A DNA stretch of 64,000 bases, from positions 1,280,001 to 1,344,000 of the forward strand of contig OY843751.1 of NCBI GenBank assembly GCA_963693055.1, given 5' to 3'. The notes under the pieces were generated by a model, which was not told the DNA's origin, did not search any database, and saw only the letters and a program-made list of their open reading frames with translations. A program made the translations under genes and the position numbers. This document shows, in pieces, positions 50,783 through 60,990 of this stretch. Source of the DNA: a bacterium. GTDB lineage: Bacteria; Zhuqueibacterota; Zhuqueibacteria; Residuimicrobiales; Krinioviventaceae. Numbering within the stretch: position 1 is the stretch's first letter; every line of letters begins with the position of its first letter.

Positions 50783-51070
50783 ATGAACATACACAATCCA
50801 CCGCATCCGGGAGAGTTTATTGATGAGGTTTATTTAAAGCCGTATAATCTCAGTATCCGCTATCTGGCGGCAAAGCTGAATGTATCTCCATCCACTTTCA
50901 GCCGTTTGATCAAGGGGCAGAGCAATGTCAGTTCTGACATGGCCCTGCGGTTGTCTAAAACACTGGGCAGAAGCGCGGAGAGTTGGCTGATCATGCAGAA
51001 CCATTACAATCTCTGGCAGGCGCGTCAGCAGGTCAACCTGGAACAGGTTGAGAAATTGGTCTTAGAATGA
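50783..51070 (+). CDS. higA: HigA-family antitoxin (orphan)
   Basis: HNPPHPGEFI..MALRLSKTLGRSAESWLIMQ. Confidence 0.9.
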   Translation: MNIHNPPHPGEFIDEVYLKPYNLSIRYLAAKLNVSPSTFSRLIKGQSNVSSDMALRLSKTLGRSAESWLIMQNHYNLWQARQQVNLEQVEKLVLE

Positions 51071-51103
51071 TCTATTCGTAAAATTTATCGAAAGAGGGCA
51101 ACC

Positions 51104-51946
51104 ATGAAAAAACTATTATTGATGTATTTACTGACTGTAATGCCATTATTCGCGCAGCAGCGCACAATCCCCATATGGCCGGGATTAGCGCCGGGCACTG
51201 AGAATCGTGAAAACCATGAAGAGTGGAGAGGTAAAACCAATGTGAAAAAGGTTTATCAACCTGATCTGGCAGTCTTTTTGCCGGAAAATGTAACAACTCT
51301 TACACCTGCAATTCTTGTTTGTCCCGGTGGCGGGTACCGCAATGTAGTGATCGAAAAAGAAGGATACAAGATTGCTCGCTGGTTGAACAAGAACAATATT
51401 GCTGCGTTTGTGCTAAAATATCGTCTGGATCCCGATGAAGCGCTCGAGGATGCCCAACAGGCCATGCGAGTTATTCGGACCAAAGCGGATGAATTTAATG
51501 TTGATGCAGATAAAATCGGGATTATGGGGTTTTCGGCAGGGGGGCACCTGAGTGGTAATCTTGCTACCCATTATCAGATTGTTACAGATGGAGTTGTAGA
51601 CTCTACCAGCGCCAGACCGGATTTCTGGATAGGTGTGTATGGAGAGTATAATTCAATGTCTTCTCAGACCGGTGAGAAATTCTTTTATGAACGTGTGCAT
51701 AAAAATTCTCCGCCAGTATTGTTAATCCATGCGGCAAACGACAGCAAAGTGCCGGTTGCATTCAGTGTAGACATGTTTACCGCTTACCATCAACAGGGAG
51801 CACTGGCGGAATTGCATATCTATGAGCAGGGAAAGCACGGTTTTGCGCTCGAAACCAATCGCAGTAACGAAATCACCAGTACGGTAAACAACTGGTCTGC
51901 TCGTTTATTGGAATGGCTAAAGGTCAGAGGTGTAATAGCATATTAG
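51104..51946 (+). CDS. Secreted alpha/beta hydrolase (BD-FAE / acetylxylan esterase-like)
   Basis: PGGGY, GFSAGG, DSKV, HGF; signal peptide. Confidence 0.85.
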   Translation: MKKLLLMYLLTVMPLFAQQRTIPIWPGLAPGTENRENHEEWRGKTNVKKVYQPDLAVFLPENVTTLTPAILVCPGGGYRNVVIEKEGYKIARWLNKNNIAAFVLKYRLDPDEALEDAQQAMRVIRTKADEFNVDADKIGIMGFSAGGHLSGNLATHYQIVTDGVVDSTSARPDFWIGVYGEYNSMSSQTGEKFFYERVHKNSPPVLLIHAANDSKVPVAFSVDMFTAYHQQGALAELHIYEQGKHGFALETNRSNEITSTVNNWSARLLEWLKVRGVIAY

Positions 51947-51968
51947 AAAAAAATGTTTCAAGAGCAGG

Positions 51969-52005
51969 GCACCAGTTACATAATAGTTTCTGGTGCTTTT
52001 TTTTT
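51969..52005 (+). terminator. Probable intrinsic terminator
   Basis: GCACCAG...CTGGTGC followed by T9. Confidence 0.55.
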
Positions 52006-52091
52006 TCAAGGATTTTAGTTTTAGTAATGATTAATTATCTCTTCTTGATATTCAATTCTCATGTTGCTATATTGCAAATAATTCTATTAAT

Positions 52092-53951
52092 ATGATATTC
52101 ATTATGTATAAAATCAATTGCAAACATCTGTTTGTTCCACTCTTGTTCTTGTATCTGGGAAGTTTTCCCAATGCTGTAGGTGCTACTATGCCCGATCAGG
52201 TTGTTTTAACGAATTGGGAATATGCCATAGGTAAAGACATTCCTGATTCTACCGCATGGAAACAGATGACCGATATGCATGAAATGTCCCACTATTGTCA
52301 GAAACAAACAATATGGCTCAGAACGGCACTTCCTGAATTGTCTGTAAGGCATTTGTCACTTTATGTCAAACGGATCAGTCAGCCCATGCAAATATTTCTT
52401 AATGGAGAGGAGGTGTTTCAGGCTGGCAAAACAGAGGAACAGCAAGGCATCGATTTTGTCCGTTGGGACAATTTGTTGGTGCCATTGCCTGATTATGCAC
52501 CCGGTTCTGATCTGGTTTTAAAATTGTATCCGGTAAATAATTTAACTGGTTTTAGATGGCACACTGTACTGGTGCCAGATGAAATTATATACAAAGATTT
52601 ATTTATTAATAGTATTGATGATATCGCCCTGGCAACAATATTTTTAGCAACTGGTATCGCGGTTTTACTTGTATTTTTTATATCCCGCAAATCAAGGTTA
52701 CTAATGGGCATAATTATTTATTTGTTTTCACTGGTCATTTTTCTTTCAAGCAACAATCCTTTAATACAGTTGTTGTTGCCTGCACCCCGGTTATATTATC
52801 ATCTTGATTACATTTTCCTGATCAGTGCAACCATTGGGGCTTTTTATGCTATTGAACAGCTCATTGAATACCGCTATAAAAAAATAATGAAATCGATTTG
52901 GTTTGTTCATTTCTTGTTTTTATTATTTTCTATAGTAATACTAAATTTTACAGGTTTTACTTTTCCACAGATTGTGAATTATTTTATGGGCTTGCTCATT
53001 GTGAATATGATTCTATGTATAACCGTTATGATCAAGAGTATAAAAACCGGACAATTCACAGCAAAATTATTATTTGGAGGTATGGCCTCTTTTTTGTTTT
53101 TTGCGATTATAGAGATAATTTTATTCTATTATGGGGAAAAACAGCAAATATATAGTTACAGTGTCAAAGTTTTACATATTGGAGCGTTAATATTTGTTAT
53201 TTCTCTGATCTGGATAGCTATTTATCTCTATCTTGACACCTATAAAGAAAAAGAGCTTGCACAGCAAAAAGAACTTGATGCTGTGAAAAAAGGCAACAAG
53301 GCCAGAGAACTATTTGCCATGAGGCTGATTGAATCTCAGGAAAGTGAGCGAAACAGAATAGCCATGGAATTGCACGATAGTGTGGGGCAAAAATTGTTGA
53401 TTATAAAAAATCTGCTCTTGTCTGAATTACGTAAAATATCGGGCAATAACAGTCCATTAGAACAGGTTTGTGATATTTCAGGTGAAACCATACAGGATGT
53501 TAGAAACATTATTTATAACCTTCGTCCGCAGCATTTGGACCAGTTGGGCCTGACAACAGCTATTGAGACGGTCATTGAAAAATTTGCAGACAGTTCAACT
53601 ATTGCTTTTCATGATGAACTGGATGATATTGATAATGTGATGTCTAAAGAAGATGAAATCAATTTTTATCGGATCATTCAGGAAAGTTTAAACAATATTG
53701 TTAAACATTCAAAAGCTGATAAAGCTTTTATTACAATTAAGCGAATAGAAAATAGCATTAATCTTGAGATCAGGGATAATGGGGTAGGATGCATGGATTG
53801 CGATCCCTCTGAAAATGTGGGAAAGGGAGGCTTTGGAATAACCGGTATGTATGAACGTGCGAGAATGATTGGCGCTGAAATAAAAATGGGCCCTGCTGAA
53901 AACGGCGGGACGATTATTGTGTTAAATTTGAATGGGATTGAAAATGAATGA
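52092..53951 (+). CDS. 7-TM sensor histidine kinase (HisKA_3)
   Basis: ERNRIAMELHDSVGQ, YRIIQESLNNIVKHS, DNGVG, GFGITGM. Confidence 0.9.
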   Translation: MIFIMYKINCKHLFVPLLFLYLGSFPNAVGATMPDQVVLTNWEYAIGKDIPDSTAWKQMTDMHEMSHYCQKQTIWLRTALPELSVRHLSLYVKRISQPMQIFLNGEEVFQAGKTEEQQGIDFVRWDNLLVPLPDYAPGSDLVLKLYPVNNLTGFRWHTVLVPDEIIYKDLFINSIDDIALATIFLATGIAVLLVFFISRKSRLLMGIIIYLFSLVIFLSSNNPLIQLLLPAPRLYYHLDYIFLISATIGAFYAIEQLIEYRYKKIMKSIWFVHFLFLLFSIVILNFTGFTFPQIVNYFMGLLIVNMILCITVMIKSIKTGQFTAKLLFGGMASFLFFAIIEIILFYYGEKQQIYSYSVKVLHIGALIFVISLIWIAIYLYLDTYKEKELAQQKELDAVKKGNKARELFAMRLIESQESERNRIAMELHDSVGQKLLIIKNLLLSELRKISGNNSPLEQVCDISGETIQDVRNIIYNLRPQHLDQLGLTTAIETVIEKFADSSTIAFHDELDDIDNVMSKEDEINFYRIIQESLNNIVKHSKADKAFITIKRIENSINLEIRDNGVGCMDCDPSENVGKGGFGITGMYERARMIGAEIKMGPAENGGTIIVLNLNGIENE

Positions 53952-54597
53952 AATTACCCTGTTGGTTGCTGATGATCATCCGTTGTTTCGTTCCGGGGTA
54001 CGTAACGAACTGGAGAGGATAGAACATTTTCAAATTATTGCGGAAGCGGGTGATGGTATAGAGGCCCTAAAGTTGATAAAAGAACACAAGCCTGATGTAG
54101 CTATCCTCGATTTTGAAATGCCGGGATTGAATGGATTGGAAATCGCTTCAAAAGTTGCGGATTTAGACTTTGTAACCGCAATCATTCTGCTGACAATGCA
54201 TCGGGATAGAAAAATTTTTTATAAGGCTATTGATATGGGAATCAATGGCTATGTACTTAAAGATGATGCGATTACAGATATAATCAATGCAGTAAAAGCT
54301 GTCTCTGCAGGCAGACCATTTATCAGTGATGACCTTGCCGAAATACTCATTGAAAAAGCCAGATCAACACAGCCGGATAAAGATATCGCTGATAAGATTA
54401 ATGAACTTACTTTTGCGGAAAAGCGGGTGTTGAATCTTGTTGCTGAATTGAAATCCAATCAGGAAATTGCTGATTTGCTGTTTATATCAAAAAGAACCGT
54501 TGAAAACCACAAAGTGAACATTTCTTCAAAACTGGGATTAGAGAGTTCACGCAAGTTGCTTAAATTTGCTTTGCAAAATCGAAATCTAATGAATTGA
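53944..54597 (+). CDS. NarL/LuxR-family response regulator
   Basis: VADDH, AILDFEMP, SNQEIADLLFISKRTVENH. Confidence 0.92.
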   Translation: MNEITLLVADDHPLFRSGVRNELERIEHFQIIAEAGDGIEALKLIKEHKPDVAILDFEMPGLNGLEIASKVADLDFVTAIILLTMHRDRKIFYKAIDMGINGYVLKDDAITDIINAVKAVSAGRPFISDDLAEILIEKARSTQPDKDIADKINELTFAEKRVLNLVAELKSNQEIADLLFISKRTVENHKVNISSKLGLESSRKLLKFALQNRNLMN

Positions 54598-54628
54598 ATC
54601 AAACAGTTCCCACTCTTAATTGTTTGCA

Positions 54629-54644
54629 TGTGCGTTAACGCACA
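54629..54644. promoter_or_regulatory. Perfect 16-bp palindrome, candidate regulator binding site
   Basis: TGTGCGTTAACGCACA. Confidence 0.45.
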
Positions 54645-54698
54645 GAAAAAAATGTGTTTGCACTCATTTATTCCCCTCTTTTAATTATTATATTCCAA

Positions 54699-56030
54699 CA
54701 CTACTGTCCCAATATTAGTTGAATAAATTCAATTGGTTATCATTTTGTAAGCCATGAGTAAGATTATCATTGTTGCTAAGTAACTGTAAAATAGGAGTTC
54801 TTTGAAACATATTAACGCTTAATATTTGCAAAAAAGTGTAGAGCGGAATCGCAATATTCAAACGTTTCTTTATTATCGCTATAAGCACGTATATACATAT
54901 TGCAATCCATATTTGCGATTTAACGGCATTGACTGAAGTGCCATAAAAGGACTTAATTTTTAGGTTTTGTTTTATCCATTTAAAAAACAATTCAATTTGC
55001 CAGCGGCATCTATATAGTTCAGGAATAGTTAATGCCGGCAAGTTAAAAATATTTGTCAACAAAACGAGCGTTCGTTTTTGATCAGTTATGTATATTTTAA
55101 CGCGTCTGAGTCTTTCAGGATAATCTCGTGATGCATAGTAATTCACTAAAGAAACTGTTTGATCACATCGAAGACCTGTACTTTTATTAACCGGATGTGA
55201 ATAGACCCTTTTAGCTTTAAGGTTCGACTTTGCCGGAATGACAAAAAAGGCTCCAGCTTGATGGAATCTATACAGACGCTCAAAATCTATGTAACCCTTG
55301 TCTAGCAAATATATGGCGCCAGGCTCAGGAATCAACATATCAAGAATGTTAACATCGTGGATTTTCCCTTCAGTTATCTCTATAAAAGTTGGTATGTTAC
55401 CACGAAGATCCATTTGAGTATGCACTTTTATAGCACCTTTTGATTTTCTAAATCTGGCCCATGGAAATAAAGAAAGGCACAAGTCAATTGTTGTTGAATC
55501 TAATGCGTAAACCATTTCTTTTAATTCAAGGCCGAATTTTTCATCACGATATAACTTGCGGGCCTGATTAATAAGTATTTGAGCAAATTCAGCATAGATG
55601 CGCCAGTCTCGATGTTCATTTGCATTAGCCAAAGTATTTCGAGCAACTATGCTGCGAAAACCCATGTGGTAAAGTAGTTTTCGTTGTGATCTTAAACAAG
55701 CTTCTATATCTCTCAAACTATCTCGGAAAGTGAGTTGGGCAAAAGCCATGCAATAAAATTGATCAAGACACGAGAAGGATTTAACTTTGTACTCTCCTCT
55801 GTATTTGTGGACGCAACGATGGAATGCCTTTAAAGGCAGGAATTCCATTATTTGAGAAAAAACAGTTTTCCCTTCGTGCATTTCGCCATTCCTCCGCCAT
55901 TGTTTTGTTGTGATAGAATGGTGAAATGTAATAATTTAATTCAAATCGTTCCCGTTAAAAATGATAGCGTAAAGATATAATTAACAATTAAATACAATCA
56001 CTACTTTCCCCTAACGTTGGGACAGTAGTG
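54699..56030 (-). mobile_element. IS4-family insertion sequence, 1332 bp
   Basis: IR CACTACTGTCCCAA(TA/CG)TTAG 18/20; 9-bp TSD ATATTCCAA at 54690-54698 and 56031-56039. Confidence 0.93.
54715..55881 (-). CDS. IS4-family transposase (DUF4372 + DDE_Tnp_1)
   Basis: DSTTIDLC, DKGY, YRCRWQIELFFKWIKQ. Confidence 0.95.
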   Translation of the reverse strand: MHEGKTVFSQIMEFLPLKAFHRCVHKYRGEYKVKSFSCLDQFYCMAFAQLTFRDSLRDIEACLRSQRKLLYHMGFRSIVARNTLANANEHRDWRIYAEFAQILINQARKLYRDEKFGLELKEMVYALDSTTIDLCLSLFPWARFRKSKGAIKVHTQMDLRGNIPTFIEITEGKIHDVNILDMLIPEPGAIYLLDKGYIDFERLYRFHQAGAFFVIPAKSNLKAKRVYSHPVNKSTGLRCDQTVSLVNYYASRDYPERLRRVKIYITDQKRTLVLLTNIFNLPALTIPELYRCRWQIELFFKWIKQNLKIKSFYGTSVNAVKSQIWIAICIYVLIAIIKKRLNIAIPLYTFLQILSVNMFQRTPILQLLSNNDNLTHGLQNDNQLNLFN

Positions 56031-56065
56031 ATATTCCAAAAAGAAAACAAAATTTTGGTAATTGG

Positions 56066-56413
56066 ATGAAGTTTCTGATTGTGGAAAGAAATGCCCGGTT
56101 TCGTGCATTTCTTCGAGAATTTATTGCTCAAGGTGATGATATTATTATAGAGCTAGAGGGATCAAGGGATGTAAGAGAAGCACTCGTCAAATATGAGCCG
56201 GACTATATAATAATTGATATAAAGTCCAAAGATGATGACTTGAACCTCGCAGCAGCCCTGAAAAAAGAATTCCCAAATGTCAGGTTCATTCTGATCTCTG
56301 ATTATAAAGATGAAAAATTCAAAGCCAAAGCAAAAAAGATATATGCTGATGGTATTGTATCCAAGGAAAACCTGTTGGAACTACAGGAACTGGTTTATTT
56401 TCGACATGTATAG
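56066..56413 (+). CDS. Single-domain response regulator receiver (atypical acidic pocket)
   Basis: LIVER, PDYIIID, ILISD, VSKE. Confidence 0.7.
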   Translation: MKFLIVERNARFRAFLREFIAQGDDIIIELEGSRDVREALVKYEPDYIIIDIKSKDDDLNLAAALKKEFPNVRFILISDYKDEKFKAKAKKIYADGIVSKENLLELQELVYFRHV

Positions 56414-56459
56414 AATTCAAATTTTTTAAACATTTAATGATTTTAGGATGGATTGAATC

Positions 56460-59400
56460 ATGAGAACATTATTAATCACTTTACTGTTATCTCTTTTGTT
56501 AGTTACAATGGTTTTTGCAGATGGCACCCAGCCACCGGGTTTTGGCAATTTGGATGATCCCTACCTGGTTTCTACCCTGGACCATTTGATCTGGATCAGC
56601 ACCAATTCCGGTTCATGGAGTTGCCATTTTAAACAAACCGCAAACATAGATGCTCACAACTCTGCAGCGCTGAATTTTAATGGCAGCGTTTTTTTGGGTT
56701 TCTCTCCTATAGGCGACAATACAACTCCATTCAGCGGTGTCTATGATGGACAGGGTTTCTGGATTAGTGAGCTATATATTAATCGTACAGCTAATAACAA
56801 TCGGGGGCTATTTGGTTATATGGATGGGGTCTGGCCCACTGTGCAAAATCTGGTAGTGAAAAATTCTTATGTTGCCGGTGATGATAATGTTGGCATTCTG
56901 GTGGGAAATGCTCAAGGTCCATCAGAGATTACAAATTGTAGTTCAAACGGTGATGTTGTGGGTGATTATAATTGCGGCGGTCTTGTGGGAACAGTAGGAA
57001 ATTCTGCAACAGTAACAAACTGTTCTTCAACTGCTGACGTTGCCTGCTCTTATAACAAGATAGGCGGATTGGTGGGATCTAACGATGGGGAGATCAACAC
57101 CAGTTTTGCTAAAGGTAATGTTAATGGTAATTCCAGGGTCGGTGGACTAGCTGGGTATTCTGGTGGAACCATTAACAATTGCTATGCTGCAGTAGGATCG
57201 GTTTCCGGTTTAACCTTTATTGGTGGATTACTGGGACGAAATATAGGCGGTACGGTAAATGACTGTTTTGCTGCCTGCTCTGTTTCAGGCAACTCTGATA
57301 TTGGTGGATTGGCGGGGGATAACGATGCAACCATAAATAGGTGTTTTTATGATTCCCAGGTTTCCGGACAATCCGATGTGGGTAAAGGTAGTCCTCAAAA
57401 AACCATCATGATGAAAACATTTTCTACTTTTTATTACCAATATGCTTTTGATTTTGAAAATGAGACAAGAAACGGCTCTGATGATGTTTGGGATATGGAT
57501 TTTTCAGGCGGCGTCAACAGTGGATATCCGTATTTGGCCTGGCAGGATGGTTCAACGGTTTCGCTACCAAACGAACCGGCAGAGCCGAGCGGTAGCGGAA
57601 CAAGCGGCGATCCCTACCAGATTGAAACTCTGGAACATTTGATATGGCTCGCCCGTAGCCCTGGAAAATGGAATTCAACTAAATATTATATTCAAACTGC
57701 GAATATTAACGCCGCTAATGCAAGTTCATGGAACGGTGCGGCCGGTTTCCCTTCTATTGGCAAGTCATCAACAAGTTTTGATGGTAATTATAATGGTCAG
57801 TATCATACCATTAGTGATGTTTATATGAGATATACCGAATGGAATGATGTTGGCGTTTTTGGTAAAACCAATTGCGCTAGTATAAGAAGGTTAGGTGTAA
57901 TAAATGCAAACATTACCGGTAATGATAATGTGGGGGCAGTAATTGGTGATGGATCAGGAGATCATAACCTTTATCTTGGTACTATAGATGATTGTTATTC
58001 TACCGGTGTAGTTAGGGGTGGCAATTATGTAGGTGGAGTAGTAGGTGTTACAAACATATTTTTTGAGACTACCAACTGCTATTCAGCCGCCGATGTTTCG
58101 GGTGATGGCTATGTTGGTGGACTGGTAGGGGCTAACAGGGGAGCTGTATTTACCAGCTTTGCCAGGGGGGATGTTGATGGTTCTTATTTGGTGGGAGGCC
58201 TGGTAGGTTATACCAGCGATGATATAAGGAACAGCTATGCTACCGGTTCTGTTTCGGGGGGGAATAGTGTTGGTGGGCTGATAGGAAGGTTTGGTGACGG
58301 TACTATTTCGCGTTGTTTTTCCGCAGGCAGCGTGTCAGGAACAACAGATGTTGGTGGTTTAATTGGAGACAAGATTGGTACTAATATGTATTCCTGTTTT
58401 TATGATAGTGATGTTACCGGCATGACTGATGAAACAAAAGGGAATCCCAGAACCACTGATGAAATGAAAAATTTTACAACATTTTATAATGCCGGTTGGG
58501 ATTATGTTTCGGAAACAGCAAACGGCACTAATGATCAATGGGACCAGGATTGTTCTGCAAGTATCAATAATGGTTATCCCTACCTGAGCTTTCAGGATGG
58601 TTCAAGCGTGAGCTTGTCACTTTTGCCAGAGGCACCGGATGTTGGAGACGGATCCAGTGGAGATCCCTACCAGATTGCGTCACTTTCAAATCTGTATTGG
58701 TTGAGTTTGAATTCAGAGGAATGGGGTAAATATTTTATCCAGACTGTAGATATTGATGCCTCAGTTACGTCTACAATAGAATGTGGATCAGGTTTTCCGC
58801 CTATTGGTAATGCGTCTACAATGTTTTCCGGTTCATACAATGGGCAGGAACATACAATTGATGGCTTATACATCAGCCGTAATGGTGAAAGCTATGTGGG
58901 ATTGTTTGGGTATACGGATAATGCTATGATTCAAAAGCTGGGGGTAACGTCTTGTAATATTGACGGTTCTACCTATGTTGGCGCCATTGCCGGACGAAAT
59001 AACAATTCTTCGCAAATTTCAAGCTGTTATACTTCCGGTAATATTGAAGGTACCTTAGAAACAGGAGGTATTGTAGGGCGAAATAATACCGATGCAATTA
59101 TCAGGAATTGTTATTCCATGGCATCTGTGGATTGTCCGTCTAGTACTGGTGGTGTAGCGGGAGCAAACTTTTCGGGTTCTGAAATTATTAAAAGTTATGC
59201 ACGGGGTAGCGTAACGGGAATTCTGGATGTTGGTGGTTTGGTAGGAAAAAATAGCGCTATAGTAACAAACTGTTTTTATGATATGCAAACTACTGGTAAA
59301 GTTGACAGTGACAGGGGAACACCTTGTCCAACGGTTGTAATGCATATGCTTGATGTTTTTTTACAGGCAGGTTGGGATCTGGAAGTAGAGACGACAAATG

Positions 59401-60956
59401 GTAGCGCGAATATTTGGGACATGGACCACACCGGTAGTGTTGGAGGATGCTATCCCTATTTGAGCTGGCAGGACGGAGCAAGTGTGTCAATTCCTTCAAA
59501 ACCGGCCTCCGGTGACGGCTCGGTAGGAGATCCTTACCAGATCACGTCTCTTTCCGATCTGGCCTGGCTCAGTTTGTTTACTGAACAATGGTCAAAATTC
59601 TGTGTCCAGACTTCTGATATTGACGCATCATCCGCCAGCAGTTGGTTTAGCGGACTTGGGTATTCTCCCATCGGGAATTTGACAACCCAGTTCACCGGTA
59701 CATATGATGGCCAGGGTAATCTAATTAGCAATCTGACAATGAACAGAGGTGCTTATAGTTGTATTGGACTGTTTGGTTATACTGACGGATCTACAATTAA
59801 GAACCTGGGACTGAAAAATTGTGATATTACGGGGAACCAATATGTAGGGGGGATTGCCGGCAGGAATAGTAACAGCGCTTTAATTGAGTGTTGTTATACA
59901 GCCGGTAGTATAGTGGGAACGTCAGATGCAGGTGGAATTGCCGGTCGGAATAATAATAACGCGATCATTCGTAACTGTTATTCAAAAGCTGATGTTGCCT
60001 GTGCAAACTCTGCTGGCGGATTGGTTGGCTCTAATAACTCTGATTCAGATGTGGCTTACTGTTATTCAATAGGAACAGTCTCTGCAGGAAGCGGTACAGG
60101 CGGACTGATTGGTGAAAATAACGCCGGGGTATCCCATAGTTTTTATAATTTAGAAACTTCGGGGCAATCGGATACCGGCAAAGGAATAGGTATATCTACT
60201 GTGTTAATGCAAAGGCTTGAGACATTTACAACCGTTGGTTGGGATTTTGAAATTGAATCTGGTAATGGTACAAATGATTATTGGGACATGGATTGTTCCT
60301 GCTCTATCAATAACGGTTTTCTGTTTTTGAGTTGGTTGAACGATGGAGATACAGCATTGCCGGTTGAACTTGCTGCTTTTTCAGCCAAATGTGAGAACAC
60401 GCTTGTGATGCTTGAATGGACCACTGCGACTGAATCCGCAAATTTGGGATTTATTCTTGAGCGGCGTGATGAACACAGTGACTGGCAGCAAGTTGCTTCA
60501 TACAAGATGAGTAACGAATTATTGGGACAGGGCACATCTGTAACGGAAACAAGATATGCATACAATGATGATACGGTAAATCCCGGAGAGACCTATACAT
60601 ATCGTCTCTCGGATGTGAATACCAATGGTGAGGTGAATGAACTAGCAACAGTGGCGGTAGAGGTTGTTTATATTCCAACCACTACCCAGTTGTTACCGGC
60701 GTATCCGAACCCGTTCAATCCATCTACAACCATCAGGTATGATCTGGCAAAAGACGGATATGTAAATATTGCGATATATGATATATTGGGCAAGCAGGTC
60801 AGGTCTCTGTATAACGGAGAGCAGACTATAGGGAGTTTTGACCTGCAATGGAACGGTTTGGATGAGCAGGGCAGTCAGGTTTCAAGCGGCATCTTTTTTG
60901 TGCGAATGCAGTGTGGGCAGCAATGCAGTGTACAGAAAATTACATTGATGAAATAA
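56460..60956 (+). CDS. Secreted GLUG-repeat beta-helix protein, four modules, with T9SS-type/FlgD-Ig C-terminal domain
   Basis: Signal peptide; DPY(L/Q)..(F)xGxYDGQ..VGGLVG repeats; ALPVEL; YPNPFNPSTTIRY. Confidence 0.88.
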   Translation: MRTLLITLLLSLLLVTMVFADGTQPPGFGNLDDPYLVSTLDHLIWISTNSGSWSCHFKQTANIDAHNSAALNFNGSVFLGFSPIGDNTTPFSGVYDGQGFWISELYINRTANNNRGLFGYMDGVWPTVQNLVVKNSYVAGDDNVGILVGNAQGPSEITNCSSNGDVVGDYNCGGLVGTVGNSATVTNCSSTADVACSYNKIGGLVGSNDGEINTSFAKGNVNGNSRVGGLAGYSGGTINNCYAAVGSVSGLTFIGGLLGRNIGGTVNDCFAACSVSGNSDIGGLAGDNDATINRCFYDSQVSGQSDVGKGSPQKTIMMKTFSTFYYQYAFDFENETRNGSDDVWDMDFSGGVNSGYPYLAWQDGSTVSLPNEPAEPSGSGTSGDPYQIETLEHLIWLARSPGKWNSTKYYIQTANINAANASSWNGAAGFPSIGKSSTSFDGNYNGQYHTISDVYMRYTEWNDVGVFGKTNCASIRRLGVINANITGNDNVGAVIGDGSGDHNLYLGTIDDCYSTGVVRGGNYVGGVVGVTNIFFETTNCYSAADVSGDGYVGGLVGANRGAVFTSFARGDVDGSYLVGGLVGYTSDDIRNSYATGSVSGGNSVGGLIGRFGDGTISRCFSAGSVSGTTDVGGLIGDKIGTNMYSCFYDSDVTGMTDETKGNPRTTDEMKNFTTFYNAGWDYVSETANGTNDQWDQDCSASINNGYPYLSFQDGSSVSLSLLPEAPDVGDGSSGDPYQIASLSNLYWLSLNSEEWGKYFIQTVDIDASVTSTIECGSGFPPIGNASTMFSGSYNGQEHTIDGLYISRNGESYVGLFGYTDNAMIQKLGVTSCNIDGSTYVGAIAGRNNNSSQISSCYTSGNIEGTLETGGIVGRNNTDAIIRNCYSMASVDCPSSTGGVAGANFSGSEIIKSYARGSVTGILDVGGLVGKNSAIVTNCFYDMQTTGKVDSDRGTPCPTVVMHMLDVFLQAGWDLEVETTNGSANIWDMDHTGSVGGCYPYLSWQDGASVSIPSKPASGDGSVGDPYQITSLSDLAWLSLFTEQWSKFCVQTSDIDASSASSWFSGLGYSPIGNLTTQFTGTYDGQGNLISNLTMNRGAYSCIGLFGYTDGSTIKNLGLKNCDITGNQYVGGIAGRNSNSALIECCYTAGSIVGTSDAGGIAGRNNNNAIIRNCYSKADVACANSAGGLVGSNNSDSDVAYCYSIGTVSAGSGTGGLIGENNAGVSHSFYNLETSGQSDTGKGIGISTVLMQRLETFTTVGWDFEIESGNGTNDYWDMDCSCSINNGFLFLSWLNDGDTALPVELAAFSAKCENTLVMLEWTTATESANLGFILERRDEHSDWQQVASYKMSNELLGQGTSVTETRYAYNDDTVNPGETYTYRLSDVNTNGEVNELATVAVEVVYIPTTTQLLPAYPNPFNPSTTIRYDLAKDGYVNIAIYDILGKQVRSLYNGEQTIGSFDLQWNGLDEQGSQVSSGIFFVRMQCGQQCSVQKITLMK

Positions 60957-60990
60957 GAACGTGTTATTTTAGTCAGTATTGAGAGGAAAA

